Positions 35,415-49,898 are shown, counted from the first letter of the stretch. The stretch is DNA of 54,818 nt from Octopus bimaculoides (GCF_001194135.2 NC_068993.1:40452595-40507412); one strand, 5' to 3'. The notes: a model not told the origin generated them from the sequence alone. Translations and numbers: made by a program.

Positions 35415-35735
35415 TGCACGTGGCTTAGTGGTGAGAGTATTCAGCTCACGATTGCAAGGTTTTGAGTTGACTTCCCAACGACACCTTGTGTCCTTGGGCA
35501 AGACACTTTATTTCACATTGCTCCAGTCCACTCAGCTGGTAAAAATGAGCTGTACCTGTAATTCAAAGGGCTAGCCTTGTCACACTCTGTGTCACGCTGA
35601 ATCCTCCTGAGAACTACGTTAAAGGGTACACATGTCTGTCGAACGCTCAGCCACATGCACATTAATTTCATGTGCAGGCGATTCATTTGATCAGATCAAC
35701 TGGAACTCTGATTGTTGCAACCAATGAGGTTCCAG
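35415..35735 (+). mobile_element. tRNA-derived SINE with CORE-like centre and shared 3' module
   Basis: Same architecture as 8637-8970. Confidence 0.8.
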
Positions 35736-36304
35736 TAGTAGTATGTATATGTATGTGTTATCTTGTTATATATGTGGTGTTTTGCCAGCCTTATTGGAAC
35801 TAGAAATTTTGCACAGGCATTGCTTTGTCAGTGTTGGTCATTTTCATTTATGAGCTGATAGCCATCAGACACACACACACACACACACACACATATTGTT
35901 TCCGTCATTAGACCTTGGCCATGCTGGTGCACACACCCTGAAGGGTCTAGTTGAGCAAATCACCTATTACTTATATTTCCATGGCCTGGTTCTTATTTTA
36001 TTGGTCTCTTTTTGCCAACCCGCTAAGTTGTGGAGACGTGAACAAACCTGCACCAGATAACAAACAGTGGAGTGGAAACAAACACCAAGACACATGCACA
36101 CACACATACATATGTATATACACAACAGGCTTCTTTTAGTTTCTATCTACTAAATCCACTCACAAAGGCTTTTGTCAGTGTGGAGCTGTAGTTGAAGACA
36201 CTTGCCTAAGGTGCCATGCAGTAGGACTGAATCTGGAACCATGTGGTTGGGAAGCAAACTTCTGAACAGCCATGCCTGCACTTATTAATATTTATTCTAT
36301 ATAT

Positions 36305-36540
36305 TACTCTTTTACTTGTTTCAGTCATTTGACTGTGGCTATGCTGGAGCACCGCCTTTAGTCAAGCAAATCAACCGCAGGACTTATTCTTTGTAAGCCT
36401 AGTACTTATTCTATCGGTCTCTTTCGCCGAACCGCTAAGTTACAGGGAGATAAACACACCACCATCGTCAAGCGATGTTGGGGGGACAAACACAGACACA
36501 CAAACATATGCACACACATACATACATACATAATACATAC

Positions 36541-36579
<39 letters not shown>

Positions 36580-36780
36580 NNNNNNNNNNNNNNNNNNNNN
36601 NNNNNNNNNNNNNNNNNNNNNNNNNNNNNNNNNNNNNNNNNNNNNNNNNNNNNNNCAAGGCTTTGGTCAGCCCAAGGCTATAGTAGAGGACACTTGCCCA
36701 AGGTGCCACACAGTGGGGATGAACCCGGAACCATGTGGTTGGTAAGCAAGCTACTTACCACACAGCCACTCCTGTGCCTG
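36305..36780 (-). mobile_element. Composite SINE A + microsatellite (gap) + B, near consensus
   Basis: Module B at 36305-36495 and head at 36656-36780 flank a (TA)n-associated N gap. An adjacent older copy lies at 35965-36280. Confidence 0.85.
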
Positions 36781-38431
36781 AAAAATTTCTTAATTGTGTC
36801 ACTGTATTTAGTAAAAAATTTTCTTAAAAACAAAACTTGTTAATCATATAACAAATCATTAAAAAAAAAAGAGACTAACATTGACATTATGGAAGGAAAC
36901 TTTTGTGTAAGCACTTTTTGCTGCTTTCAACTTTTCAACGTGCATTTTACCTCCTTTTAAGAATTTTTTAAAATTAGCTAATAATTTTTAATTCAAGAAA
37001 ACCTTTTATCAAATATATACAATGAATTATAATATAGACGTTTATATATGCATACAAATACACACACACACATATACATATGTACATACACACGCACTGT
37101 GTGTATATAAATGTTTGCGCATGTGTGCTTTTGGTTATACACATATTTTTTTTTATGACAGTATGTTTAATCTAATTATGTTTTGTCTCCTTGTTTGTGA
37201 ATAGAAAATGTGTAGGTTCACTGTATCAGCTCCCAAGTTGTAAGCGAATGCTGGACAGCTGAGTGATGTGAATGAAATCCCAAGTGGTATTGAACCTACT
37301 TAACAATTCAACATGAAACAAAAGTTCTATTTTTTGTTTCTTGGAATAAATTTGTGTCAAACTCTTGTTTTGTCCTTTTTTTTATTTTATTGTTTGTGTG
37401 GTACAAGAAATATTTGACGTTCCTTAAGACAATACCAGAAACAACAACAGCAACAATAAGGACAACAACAAAATATCCTTCCTCTTTCTCCGCAAACTAA
37501 AGAATAGGTTTAGGAGAATTCAAAGTGGGGTTATAGGGGTGTCTATTTTTTTTTTGTCTGTCTTTGCCTTTTTTTTTTTTCCTTTGAAACCCTTTCTTCT
37601 CTGTAGAGTTGTCTTGATATATACATAGCCACAAACCTACCACAGAAACACAGGGGCTAATGAAACTAGCAGATATTCTTCAAACAACAAACAAGCAAAA
37701 AGCAACAAACAGCAAAAATGAGACAAAATTAAAAGACAAAACCTATTTTCTCAATAAGAATTCCCCTTTTCGCATTTTTGGGGTGTGACTCCCTTTCCTT
37801 TTCCAAGACACACAACTAAAGGTCTCTCTCTCTCTCACTTCTCCTTTTCTCTCTTTCTCTTTCATTCCATGACTCCTGCTATTTTCATTGTCCTCCTAAA
37901 TGGAGAAAAAGTCTTTTGTTATGGTTTCTGAATTCTTTCTTTCTTTTTTGTTTATCTGCAAAATCAGTGTTGTAACAAATTACCACACACACTCATATTT
38001 CCACTAGGGAAATGCCTCTTTATCTATTGTCCACACACATACGCATACTTATGTCAGAGACAGTGGGAGATTTCACTTAAGACACATCAGAAAAGCTATG
38101 GAAAAGTTCTTCTGGACAAGCTCCAATGTACTGCAGCGTATTATAAAAACAAAAACAACAAATGTCAAAAGCACATGTATGTATGTGTGGGAGCCTCTAC
38201 ATACTAGAAGTAGCTTCCAAATCTCCCTCAGATCATGCAATTTATTGCATTGGAAAAAAAGGTGAAGGGATTTCCTTACACTAGATTACCCTACCATTGG
38301 TTTACTCTACATCTTTCAGTTCCCTCGGAGTATGCTGTTTTGGTACCCTTGATTTAATATATATATATATGTGCTAGCATGGAAAGCGGATGTTAAACGA
38401 TGATGATGATGATGATATATATATATTGTTT

Positions 38432-39145
38432 CTGTGAAGCTGTGTGAAAAAGCATTACGCCCTAGCAGTTGACGAACCTGTGGAAGAGGTAGACCCAAGA
38501 AGACCTCGGATAAGGTGGTGAAGCACGACCTTCGAACATTGGGTCTCACCGAGGCAGTGACTAGTGACTGAGACCTTTGGAGATATGCTGTGCTTGAGAA
38601 GATCCGGTAAAGCCAAGTGAGACCATAACCCGTGGCCTATGACTGGTGTATAACCAGCCCACTTATGAGTATCCTTCATTCATTGGACAATAAACTTTGC
38701 TTGCAAAGACCTGTTGAGGCAAGTGAAATCAAAATTGCTGACGTGGCCAATGACAGTACCGCCTGATTCGCACCTGTGCCTGTGGAACATTGAAAGCACC
38801 ATCCAAGCGTGATCGTTGCCAGGGCCGCCAACTGGCTCCCATGCCAGTGGCATGTAAAAAGCACCGTTCTAGCGTGATCGATGCCATTGTCACCTTACTA
38901 GCACCTGTGCTGGTGGCATGTAAAAAGCAACGTTTGAGCATGGTCATTGCCTGTCTGCTTGACTGGTCCTCATGCCTGTGGCACGTAAAAGCACTACACT
39001 CTCGGAGTGGTTGGTGTTAGGAAGGGTATCTAGCTGTAGAAACTTTGTCAGATCAGATTGAAGCCTGGTGTAGCCTTCTGGCTTGCCAGTCTTCAGTTAA
39101 ACCATCCAACTCATGCCAGCATGGAAAGCGGACGTTAAATGATGA

Positions 39146-39148
<3 letters not shown>
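38432..39148 (+). mobile_element. RTE-clade LINE 3' end, third copy
   Basis: 'GRGRPKKTSDKVVKHDLRTLGLTEAV' remnant, same UTR junction, ~4 tandem units, terminal module and (GAT)n tail. Confidence 0.88.
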
Positions 39149-39199
<51 letters not shown>

Positions 39200-39835
39200 G
39201 TATATATTTATGTGCACAATGGGATTTTTTCAGTGGGACTGAACCTGGAACCATGTGGTTGGAAAGCAAGCTTCTTACCACACAGCCATGCCTGGACCTA
39301 TGCTATAAATATAAAATAAAATAAAATCTTGCTGATCTTCGTAATGATTATTTAACTTCTGTTTATGAATCATAATTATTTAACTTTTGTTGGTGAGTCC
39401 GTTACTAGAGTCATACATGTTTAACAGATTTTTCAAGAATCTTTGTAGATTCCTCTAAACTATGCCCGTTTGGGTTTAAGAAAAGAAATTTTATAATTTG
39501 TTTGTTTATTCTTTCATTATTTTACTAGTTTTAGGCATTGGACTGAAACCATGCCTTGTCAACTCCTTCAAGGGTTTTATTCAAGTATGTCTGGGTCTTG
39601 GCCAACCCGAAACTTTGTGATTGGGGAACCTGGATTTCTGATGTCATTATCAACTTTTCCCTTATAAAAGTTTAATAGGCACAGGAGCTACTGTGTGGTA
39701 AGAAGCTTGTTTACTAACCACATGGTTCTGGGTTCAGTCCCACTACTATAGCCTTGGGCTGACCAAAGTCTTGTTGGTGGATTTGGTAGATGGAAACTGA
39801 AAGAAGCCTGTTGTGTGTGTATATATATATATATT

Positions 39836-39990
39836 ATCGTCATCGTTTAACGTCCGTTTTCCATGCTAGCATGGGTTGGACGATTTGACTTAGGACTGGT
39901 GGACCAGGAGGCGACACCAGGCTCCAATCTGATTTGGCAGAGTTTCTACAGCTGGATGCCCTTCCTAACGCCAACCACTCCGAGAGTGTA

Positions 39991-39993
<3 letters not shown>
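39836..39993 (-). mobile_element. RTE terminal module (young, truncated)
   Basis: Near-consensus reverse complement; another copy at 40597-40745. Confidence 0.85.
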
Positions 39994-40054
<61 letters not shown>

Positions 40055-40055
<1 letters not shown>

Positions 40056-40558
40056 TGATAGCTTGGGATAATAGGTTTGCCCTTTCTTATCTTGCATGAG
40101 GAATACCGAATGTCTTCATACACTACCTGCTTGATAAGAAACTCAGACCCTCCCATATCCCTGGCGATGGACTTGATTGACTTGGAGGGATCGTTGTCAA
40201 ACATGGCCTGGATCTTACTATCAGATTCAGGAGTTCTTTTCTTATCAGAATGATCAGAGTGAGTTTTCTGAGTTTCTGTACTGTCCTAATCACAAATCCT
40301 TCCGAATCCTCTGCACTGTCCTCAGATTGACACCAAAACCCTGTGAAATGTTTGCATTGGTGCTTCTAGTGTGAAAGCCAAGCAGTACAGCATGCCATTT
40401 TCAAATTTCTGGCGGAATGAATTGTGTCATGGTGCTGTTTTTCTCACAGATGACGCCCAACTGACCCTGCTTTACCGTGTAGTCAACAAAATCAAAAACA
40501 AACAGTGCGCATGTACAAAATTAAAAATATAAAATGGTGACAATTTACTCATCGCACC

Positions 40559-40559
<1 letters not shown>
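40055..40559 (-). mobile_element. DD37D/maT-like transposon, 5' end with N-terminal HTH region
   Basis: Terminal ~250 bp aligns to 16560-16803; 'DPSKSIKSIARDMGGSEFLIKQVVYEDIRYSSCKIRKG'. Confidence 0.8.
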
Positions 40560-40598
<39 letters not shown>

Positions 40599-40741
40599 TC
40601 ATCATCATCATCATCGTTTAACGTCCGCTTTCCATGCTAGCATGGGTTGGACGATTTGACTGAGGACTGGTGAAACCGGATGGCAACACCAGGCTCCAGT
40701 CTGATTTGGCAGAGTTTCTACAGCTGGATGCCCTTCCTAAC

Positions 40742-40772
<31 letters not shown>

Positions 40773-40777
<5 letters not shown>

Positions 40778-40993
40778 CTGGTAGAATCATTAGCATCCCG
40801 GGCGAAATGCTTAGCGGTATTTCGTCTGCCTTTACTCTCCGAGTTCAAATTCTGCCGAGGCTGACTTTACCTTTCATCCTTTCGGGTTCGATTAAATAAG
40901 TACCAGTTACGCACTGGAGTCGATGTAATCGACTTAATTCTTTTCTCCTTGTTTCTCCCCTCTATGTTTAGCCTCCTGTAGGCAATGAAGAAA
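40773..40993 (+). mobile_element. tRNA-derived SINE family C, near full length
   Basis: GAGCTGGTAGAATCATTAGC head, GAGTTCAAATTC B-box-like motif, central CCTTTCATCCTTTCGGG..GATTAAATAAGTACCAG, tail ...GGCAATGAAGAAA. Confidence 0.85.
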
Positions 40994-43029
40994 TATATAT
41001 ATATCTGTCTGTGTGTCTTTGTGTATGTGTTTGTCCCTCTACACCACTTAACAAGTATCAGTGTATTTACATAGCAGTTCAGCAAAAGAGACCAATAGGA
41101 TGAGTGGCAGGCTTTATAAAAATAATAAGTGCTGGCGTTAATACGTTTGACTAAAATTCTTCATGGCAGTGCCCAGCATAGCTGCAATCTAAAGAAAATG
41201 CTTGCTCAAGGTGCAGTGCAGTGGAACTAAACTTAAGACCACATGATTGGGAAGCAAGCTTCTTAACCACATAGCCATGCCTGCATTTACAATTGTTAGG
41301 GAATATTCATAACCACACAGTTATTCTGGCACCCACACAAGATGCTTTATCTATTTTTATTAGATTTCTGTAGATACTCAAAGTTGTCACACTAAATCAG
41401 TAATATGGTTAACAGTTAGAAGTGAGAACAACAAATTATTTAAAAAGAAGTATTTAACTCTGACTATTTATCTAACTGTTTATGTCATCAATTTCCTGTT
41501 TGAACCAACATAGTAAAGTTAAGTTTCCTGGAAGCTAGCTATGTCAGTGTTCATTTTGTAAATTATTGTGATCAAATTAATGTTTTGTAAGAGTACTGTT
41601 GTTACAATGATATCTGAATCTGTATGAGAAAACTAAACTTATTGTGAGAGTGAATCTTACTTTTTTCTGAAGAACACAATTATCGTTTGACTCGTTGTAT
41701 ATAAACTATGATGACAGAAGTCAAGTGTATGTTGTATGTAATATAACAGCAAGGTTAGTTTTTTATTTTTTTCTTCATCTGTTTCTATCTGTTTCTGTAT
41801 CAGAAATGGTTAACAAAATTTTGTATGACAAAATCATTGTATAGCAAATTTATTATTATCTCTATATTATTTCTTCAGTGAAATATATGGTATAGAGAAA
41901 ATAAGCGAAAGAAAACTAAATGAACATGCTCTTGTTTGTTATTATCATCGGTATCAAAGATGATAGCTGTGTTGTGTAAGACATGCGAAAACATTTTGCA
42001 CATTTTTAAGGAAACTTCCGATGACAATCTATAGATCTGGAACATACACTGTCTTTGAATAAATCTCTCTTCTCTGCTCTGTCTTCTGTTCTCTTCTGAG
42101 CTTAATGTTTTCTAGGCATGTACCTATCTTCTTGTGTAAGGCTTTTTATATAAAAACATTAAAGAAATATAATATTTTTATTTTTTGGATCCTTCACATG
42201 ACATGTCATTTCCCTTTCTTCGACTGTTCTCTATTTCATAGAATAGTTTACATATTTGGTTGTTCGTTATTTGTTTTTTTTTTCTTCCCTATTTTGCAAT
42301 AGTAGCAATTATTTATTGTTCAATGTAAAGCATAGGCTGAAGTTTCAAATCCACTTAAAGTTCAGTATTCTGTATTTTGTCCATCCGTTTGTTTTTCCAT
42401 GGGATTTTATTTGAGGCAGGTTTTTTTATGGCTGGATGCTTTTCCTGTCATCAACCCTATTTGTTTTTCAAATAAGTTACTGCCTTTTTATTCTGCAAGA
42501 CTTTGAGAGAATCTGGTCATGTCAGTATCAGCACTGTTTTGCACGCATGCTGACATGTGTGGAATGTCAGCATTCATGCCGATTTGTACACGTGCACACA
42601 TAAGCACCCATATGTACACACACACACACACACACACACATTCATTGACACACATGTGTATATATCTATATGCATGCATACATGCACACATCCATGCAAA
42701 TAATCATGTGTATACATATGTGTTTGTGTGTGTGTGTGCATGTGTGTGTGTGTGTGCATGTGTGTGTGTGCATGTGTGAGTGAACCACATTGGAATTTGA
42801 AATCAGAATGTAAAGATGGATAAAATGCCACTAAGCATTTTGCCCAGTGTGCTAACTAGGTTACCGATTCTGCCAGCTTGCTATCTAAATGCATTTAGTA
42901 TTATTGAACTGTTTTTCACTGGAGAGGTTCTTTCAGTCTTCAGTAAATTCTCTCCTGTCCAGCACCCCTGGGGCCAGAATGTTTCCAGATAGCTAAATTT
43001 TCTGGATATCTGATCGTCCATCCATCCGT

Positions 43030-43305
43030 TTTTCCCACTCAATATTCATGGGATTGTTATGAGGTTAGTTTCCTCAGGCACCTCCTTCATAGGGTCCTGT
43101 CAGAAGGAACCATCATTATACTTTCCGGTTGGATTCCCAGCCATGACCAAGTGAGACTGCGGATATCATCCAACCATCTTGTTCTTGGTCTACTTTTTGG
43201 TCGCTTGGTAATTGGTTTGACTTGAAGGACCTGGTTTGCAATTCTTTCCTATGGCATACTAATCATACGTTAGTATTACTGGAGTTATGACCTCTAAATG
43301 TGGAG
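43030..43305 (-). mobile_element. RTE-type LINE 3' end of a different family
   Basis: 'ERIANQVLQVKPITKRPKSRPRTRWLDDIRSLTWSWLGIQPE'. Confidence 0.7.
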
Positions 43306-43308
43306 AAT

Positions 43309-43513
43309 TATGAGGGGTTGCTGAAAAGTTCCTGGCTTTAAGGGTATCGCGAAAGGCCTGGCTGGAGGCCCAACCTTCCAAGTTCTTTCACAGAGCTTAG
43401 CGTAACTGAAGGATCGCTGTGATATGTGAATCTGAGAGGAGAATAAGTTGAATAAAATCACGATTAACTGAACCTCCTGTATTTTCTTTTACCAAAAGCG
43501 AGGAACTTTTCAG
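43309..43513 (+). mobile_element. Mariner-derived MITE, copy 3
   Basis: TA-TGAGGGGTTGCTGAAAAGTTCCTGGCTTT...AGGAACTTTTCAG. Confidence 0.85.
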
Positions 43514-44093
43514 GGTATTTCTGGTTCAGGAATTGAATTCATGACCGTGTTTTTGAGAGCTGAACAGTCTTAAGCACCGGGCAATGTATTTTCATTTATG
43601 TGACATAAAAGAAAAACCAAAATAACTACATTCTTGCTTTATTATAATATATAAGCGAAAAAAGACTTATGTGAGGTGATTGAATTTTTGTTTTATTTCT
43701 TATCCTCTTCTAAGTAAATTTTTTAAGCTTAAATTTTTTTTTGTTATTAAGGAAAAAACAAACAAAACCAAACAAAAAGACAAACATAGATTGCTAAATA
43801 TGAAGGAGATAATGTAAGTCTTATTAAATGAAGTGTTATATATTCATATATATACTTCTGCATATGTTTCTGTGCGATGTGTATTTGTGCGTGTATATAT
43901 TTATGGAAATATGAATATGCTTGAATATATGTATATTATGTGTGTCTGTATGTGTGTATATATGTGTGCATGTATAAAAATAACACATATATATATGTAT
44001 ATATGAATGTTTACATTTATATAATGTTATATATATATATATTTATTTATACACACACTTTATTATATACATAATTGAGACATTATTATTTTA

Positions 44094-44248
<155 letters not shown>

Positions 44249-45671
44249 GTTCTTACTGTCACAATAAATTAATACACTTCAAAGGCAATTTATAAATGTG
44301 AAAAAAAAACAACAAAACAAAACGAAAAATATAAACAAGAAGAAACCCAAAATACAAATAAAAGAAAACCCTCTCAAAATTTCTACATAAAATAGAATAT
44401 TACCATCACTTCCCGATTTGCTTATGCCTTTCTAGTATTTGTTATTTGTGTCTCTTTGTGAAATCTCAATTTATTCTAAGACACACCATTGTCAGTTAAT
44501 TGTAATATTTGTTCACACCACACTATTCTTCTTCTTTCTGACCAAATTTTATCTCCTATATTGCTTCGTTAATGTGTCATGGGTATTTATTTTGCCATTT
44601 GCTATATTTGAATGTATTCATTATAATTCAATAAACAGTGAAACCTTGTAATCTCAAATGTTTTCTTTTTTCTTTCTTTTAGTTTTTGTGTGTTAAGAAT
44701 GGTAAATCTTTTGTAACTTATAAAGTGATAGATTGCGAATGTTCGTCAGTTGTTTGCCAAGATTTAGTAGAAAATTTTTTTTTTTTTGAACTCTGGTACA
44801 CGGAATTTGACAGTACGGTTCAATTCTGGTTTGATCATGCTACTTGATGTTTCTGCTATGTGCTGTTAGATGGCCAATCCATTCCTTGACATTTCATCAT
44901 CATCATTATGAACCTTCTAGACATTACTGCCTTGAGTCCTAGAACTCATTGGGTAGTTCCCACTTCCTTCAGTATAAGTGATTGAAATCACAATGTTCTC
45001 ACTGTATGGAGTGCCAGTCTACTGCGCAGGGCGAGAAGATGGTGTGTTTTGTTCAAGAACACAGCACACCTCCCAATCCAGGAAATGAAATCAAGGTCTT
45101 GTGATTATGAGTGCCACAGCCTAATCTCATTGAGAACTTAATCTATTGCCCAACACCACTCATTATTCCCGTGATGTAGGGGCACCAAGTTGCTAGAAAC
45201 CACAGTGCACCAGAGAAAATGATTTAAAGTAGTTAACTCTGGCCTCTATTCTCTGAGTTCACCTTAAGTGATCCTAACTTTCATCCCCACCAAAGCTAAG
45301 AGGAGACAAAGATTTCTGGTGCATCATTGCAAGATATCTTGGGTGCATCTGCTTGAAGAATTAAGTGAGACTCCGACAAGGTACTAGACCCTCTTCCCCC
45401 ACCGAGAAAATCCTGCAGCAGTGAATATCCCTTTGGATATTGTTTTTTCTTTACACAATAAAAATATTTTATGAAAGTAAAATTTTATAAAAAAAAAAAG
45501 TTAAAATATTTATTATTGATTAGAACAATAACAGTTTTGCTTGGGAGGATTTTGTCTTCAGGGAGATTTTGTTCTGATACCCTCAGACAATCATGTCCAA
45601 AATATGATTTTGGCCTGAGGCTGGAGTAAAAATATAATTATTCACTCAACTAATTTCTCTTTTACTTTCAT

Positions 45672-45955
45672 AGGCGCAGGCATGGCTGTGTAGTAAGTAG
45701 CATGCTTACCAACCACATGGCTCGGGCCGACCAATGCCTTGTGAGTGGATTTTGTAGATGGAAACTGAAGAAGCTTGTCGTATATATACATATATATATG
45801 TGTGTGTGTATGTGTCTGTGTTTGTCCCCCCACTATCGCTTGACAACTAATGTTGATGCGTTTATGTCCCTGTAACTTAGCAGTTCGGCAAAAGAGACCG
45901 AAAGAATAAGTTCTAGACTTATGTCAATTTGTTCGACTAAAGGAATAAAAGAATA
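45672..45955 (+). mobile_element. Composite SINE A/B with internal deletions
   Basis: Head GGCGCAGGCATGGCTGTGTAG..., microsatellite, module B. Confidence 0.8.
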
Positions 45956-46069
45956 GTTAATTGAGGATTGTGGTTGCAACATCCTAATCACTGAGCCAAG
46001 TACTTTCCAGTCATTGACATTGAGTGGGTTGATATTTCTGATCACCATAATCTATTATTCATAACAGAA

Positions 46070-46630
46070 ACTATAAATTTTTGAACTGTTGACTTCATCT
46101 TTAGAGATGGAAGATATTTCATGGCTAAGTAAGAAGGCAGACAAATCCCAAATCCCCTGCTCGATCTGTAGAAAAGGTGGAGGTTGAAACTCCCTAAGAT
46201 GTACCCAGTGTAAGCTATAGACACATAAGAGGTGCAGCAATATCAGAGGAAGATTAACAGGGAAGATAGTTTTTGTGTGTGGAAGATGCACATGTACAAT
46301 AAGCACCAAAAAATGTACAGAAAATAGTTTCCATCATATGCCAGTGGGGAAAACTAGAAATAGTTGATAGCTTCTGTTACCTGGGTGACCGAGTCAGTAG
46401 CAGGGGTGAATGTTCTGAGAGCATAGTGCTAGTATAAGAATGGGCTGGGCAAATTACAGAGAGCTCCTACTTCTGGTGGTCACAAAGGGCCTCTCGCTCA
46501 GAGTGAAAGGCAGACTGTATGATGCTGGTGTGCAAACAGCCATGTTACATGGCAGCGAAACATAGGCTTGTAAGAAAGGAAACTAGTGTGTTCCGCTGGA
46601 TGTGTAATGTCAGCGTGCATGCAGGACAGA
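46070..46630 (+). mobile_element. RTE-clade RT fragment with Cys-rich insert
   Basis: 'PCSICRKG...RCTQCK...HKRCSNIRGRLTGKIVFVCGRC' and 'LEIVDSFCYLGDRVSS...LSLRVKGRLYDAGVQTAMLHGSET'. Confidence 0.85.
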
Positions 46631-46730
46631 GTGTAAGTGCCCTGGGAATCGAACTCACTACCTCATGAATGTGAGTCTGATGCTCTAACCACTGAACCAT
46701 GTGCCTTACATGTGTGTGTGTGTGTGTGTT

Positions 46731-46778
<48 letters not shown>

Positions 46779-46781
<3 letters not shown>

Positions 46782-46935
46782 GAGGGGCTGCTGAAGAGTT
46801 CCTGGCTTTGGGTAAAAGAAAATACAGGAAAATCAGTAAATTATGATTTTATTAAACATATTCCCCTCTCAGGTTTACACACTTATTGCAGTGGTCCTTC
46901 AGTTTTTCTAAGGTCTGTAAAAGAACTCAGAAGGT
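46779..46935 (-). mobile_element. Mariner-derived MITE, partial copy 4
   Basis: TIR CGAGGGGCTGCTGAAGAGTTCCTGGCTTT; interior is the reverse complement of the other copies. Confidence 0.8.
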
Positions 46936-47029
46936 AGAAATATTTCATTAAAAGATTAGAATTACCCGTGTGAGGATGACACAGATTTGTGGAGTTTTCC
47001 GTATTTTTTTACGTTCCATAAAATCCACT

Positions 47030-47365
47030 TGTACTGATGCCACATAAGGGCATGCATGCTGACCCTATGTAATAAGCACTTGTGCTGGCATCACATAAAA
47101 AGCACTTGTGTTAGCGCCATGTGTTGAGCACTCATGCCTATGCCACATGAAGAGCACTCATGCGAGCGCTATGTAAAAGGAACTTGTGCCGATGCCACAT
47201 GGAATACACCCGGCACACTCTGTAATGTGGTTGGCATTAGGAAGGGCATCTGGTTGTAGAAACCATGCCAAGGAAGACAAATGGAACCTGAGTAACTCTC
47301 TGGTTGGTCAGCTCTTGTTCAACCCATGCTAGCATGGAAAATAGATGTTAAATGATGATGATGGT
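47030..47365 (+). mobile_element. RTE terminal module preceded by a ~24-bp tandem array
   Basis: Repeats of GCACTTGTGCTGG..CACATAAAAA, then GGTTGGCATTAGGAAGGGCATC and a (GAT)n tail. Confidence 0.7.
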
Positions 47366-47669
47366 GACCATGATACACACACACATGTACACATACACCC
47401 ATGCCACCAGTGAACTCATGCCAGCATGGAATATGGGCATATGGATGTCAATGATGATGTATGTATGTATGTGTGTGTGTGTGTATCTGCATACTGTATC
47501 TATTTAAATAGCTTAATATGACCAGACTTCTTGTTTTCGCTTTTTAAAATCTAATGCATATATGTACGTACATTTGTTTGATTTTTTTCTTTCTTCTTTC
47601 GTTCTTAGATGGGAATTAGTCTGTATAAAATACACTTAGTAGTACTCAAGAGGTTTAAACTTGAGCAGG

Positions 47670-47740
47670 TAGTGGAGTAAATGTAAGGTTAAGCAAATTA
47701 GTGTAAGGATAACTTGCTTATCCTTACATTTACTCCTCTA
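47670..47740. repeat. 27-bp imperfect inverted repeat (2 mismatches, 17-nt spacer)
   Basis: TAGTGGAGTAAATGTAAGGTTAAGCAA / TTGCTTATCCTTACATTTACTCCTCTA. Confidence 0.9.
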
Positions 47741-47885
47741 TCTATCTATCTATCTATCGATAGATAGATAGATAGATAGATGGACAGACATACATACATG
47801 ATATTAAGAAATAAGTCTTAACTATTCATGTTACAACTAATATATTAATATGTGTGTGTGTGTCTGCATGTGCACCTCTGTGGTG

Positions 47886-47961
<76 letters not shown>

Positions 47962-49898
47962 TATATTTATTTAAACAGTTTCATATGACCAGTCATTTAA
48001 TTTTTTTTTTTCTACTATTTATAATAGAGAGTATTTGACTCTTGACCCAGAAGAACTTTTGAACTTTGACATATGTTTTGTTTTTCACCATTTAATCAAC
48101 TTCAGAAAATATTTACTTACTATTAACAGGCCAACTTGTATTAGCACCTGAGCCATTAATTCCTGGTATGGTTCTTGTTTGTTTTAATTTGCCTCATAAA
48201 TCTCCTCCTGAATCTCTGTAATTCTCTGAGGCAGCTGGGAACATTTTATTATAGTAGCCATCTTGGTGGAATATGTTCTTTATTCAAAGACAGGTGTCTT
48301 TCTGCTAAATACTGTTTTTCTTTTTGGGAAATCTTTGTAGGTTTACAGTTTTTTTTTTTTGCTGTTTATTTCACTTTCTTTTTTTTTGGGGTTAATATTC
48401 CACCTCCTCTTTTTCTCCCTCTTCCCTTGGTCTCCCCTCCCCCACCAACATCAACCCAGCTGTCTCCAATCCTTCTTGTTATTTATTGATGAGAAAGAAA
48501 TATATTTTCATCTGGCTTGATCCAACTATTAATTGTCTAATGAACAGCAGATTTACATATTGTACTCAATGTAATGGAAATATATTGATGGCTTTGATGA
48601 GTGTTAGGTCAAGCTATATCAAAGACCTTTAATTAGCTTTAAAAATGCAAGCTCAACTCATTTTGTTTATTAATATATTTCAATTAAGCAGATTGAGATG
48701 TCCCATCTTTTCGACTGTGAATCTGACCAGCTTCTTCATTTCAGCATCACAGACTATGAGAAAAACCTATCGACAGTTGCTGCTTAACCTGCTAGAAATA
48801 ACAGCCAAATCTCCCTCAATTCATCTGAGTGAAAAATGGATATATTAAACAATGTATATACGCAAAAACGATGTTGGCATTAGGAAGAGCATCCAGCCAT
48901 AGAACCCATGCCACAACAGACAGTTGGAGTCTGGACAGCTCCCTGCTAGCCATCTCCATGTCAAACCATCCCACCCATGCTAGCATGGGGAGCGGACATT
49001 AAACGATGACAATGATGATATGGTCATAACTGGAATATTTTTAATCATAGCTCTGCTCCATCATGTCTGGCCTTTGACCAAGAAACAACAGCAGCAACAG
49101 CATGTGAATTGTTATGCCAACTGTGACAGTATTTGAGTACCAACAGCACTTTACCTATAGTAAGGCTCTGATACCTAGTATTTATCTGTTGAACTTATCT
49201 TTTATCATTTATCCTTTACTTGTTTCTGGCACTGGACTCTGGTCATGCTGGATCACTACCTTAACTCTTTAGCATTCATATTAGTCGGTCAAATATAAAG
49301 CTTATTTATTCACATTGTTTTGAATTAATCATGCATTATTTTGTAGCTCTGAGATTTCTATTATGGGATTGTTTACTTTTAGCATGACATTGTAGNNNNN
49401 NNNNNNNNNNNNNNNNNNNNNNNNNNNNNNNNNNNNNNNNNNNNNNNNNNNNNNNNNNNNNNNNNNNNNNNNNNNNNNNNNNNNNNNNNNNNNNNNNNNN
49501 NNNNNNNNNNNNNNNNNNNNNNNNNNNNNNNNNNNNNNNNNNNNNNNNNNNNNNNNNNNNNNNNNNNNNNNNNNNNNNNNNNNNNNNNNNNNNNNNNNNN
49601 NNNNNNNNNNNNNNNNNNNNNNNNNNNNNNNNNNNNNNNNNNNNNNNNNNNNNNNNNNNNNNNNNNNNNNNNNNNNNNNNNNNNNNNNNNNNNNNNNNNN
49701 NNNNNNNNNNNNNNNNNNNNNNNNNNNNNNNNNNNNNNNNNNNNNNNNNNNNNNNNNNNNNNNNNNNNNNNNNNNNNNNNNNNNNNNNNNNNNNNNNNNN
49801 NNNNNNNNNNNNNNNNNNNNNNNNNNNNNNNNNNNNNNNNNNNNAGTAAATAGTGGAGTTGTGTTAACCGCACGTGGAGAAATAATAGGAAAATGAAA

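Noticed and set aside
48692-48745. Hammerhead-like motif (ATGAAGA...GAAAAGATG-GGA-CATCTC) on the minus strand
   Set aside because: C3 is mutated, there is an extra A in the core, and no stem I.
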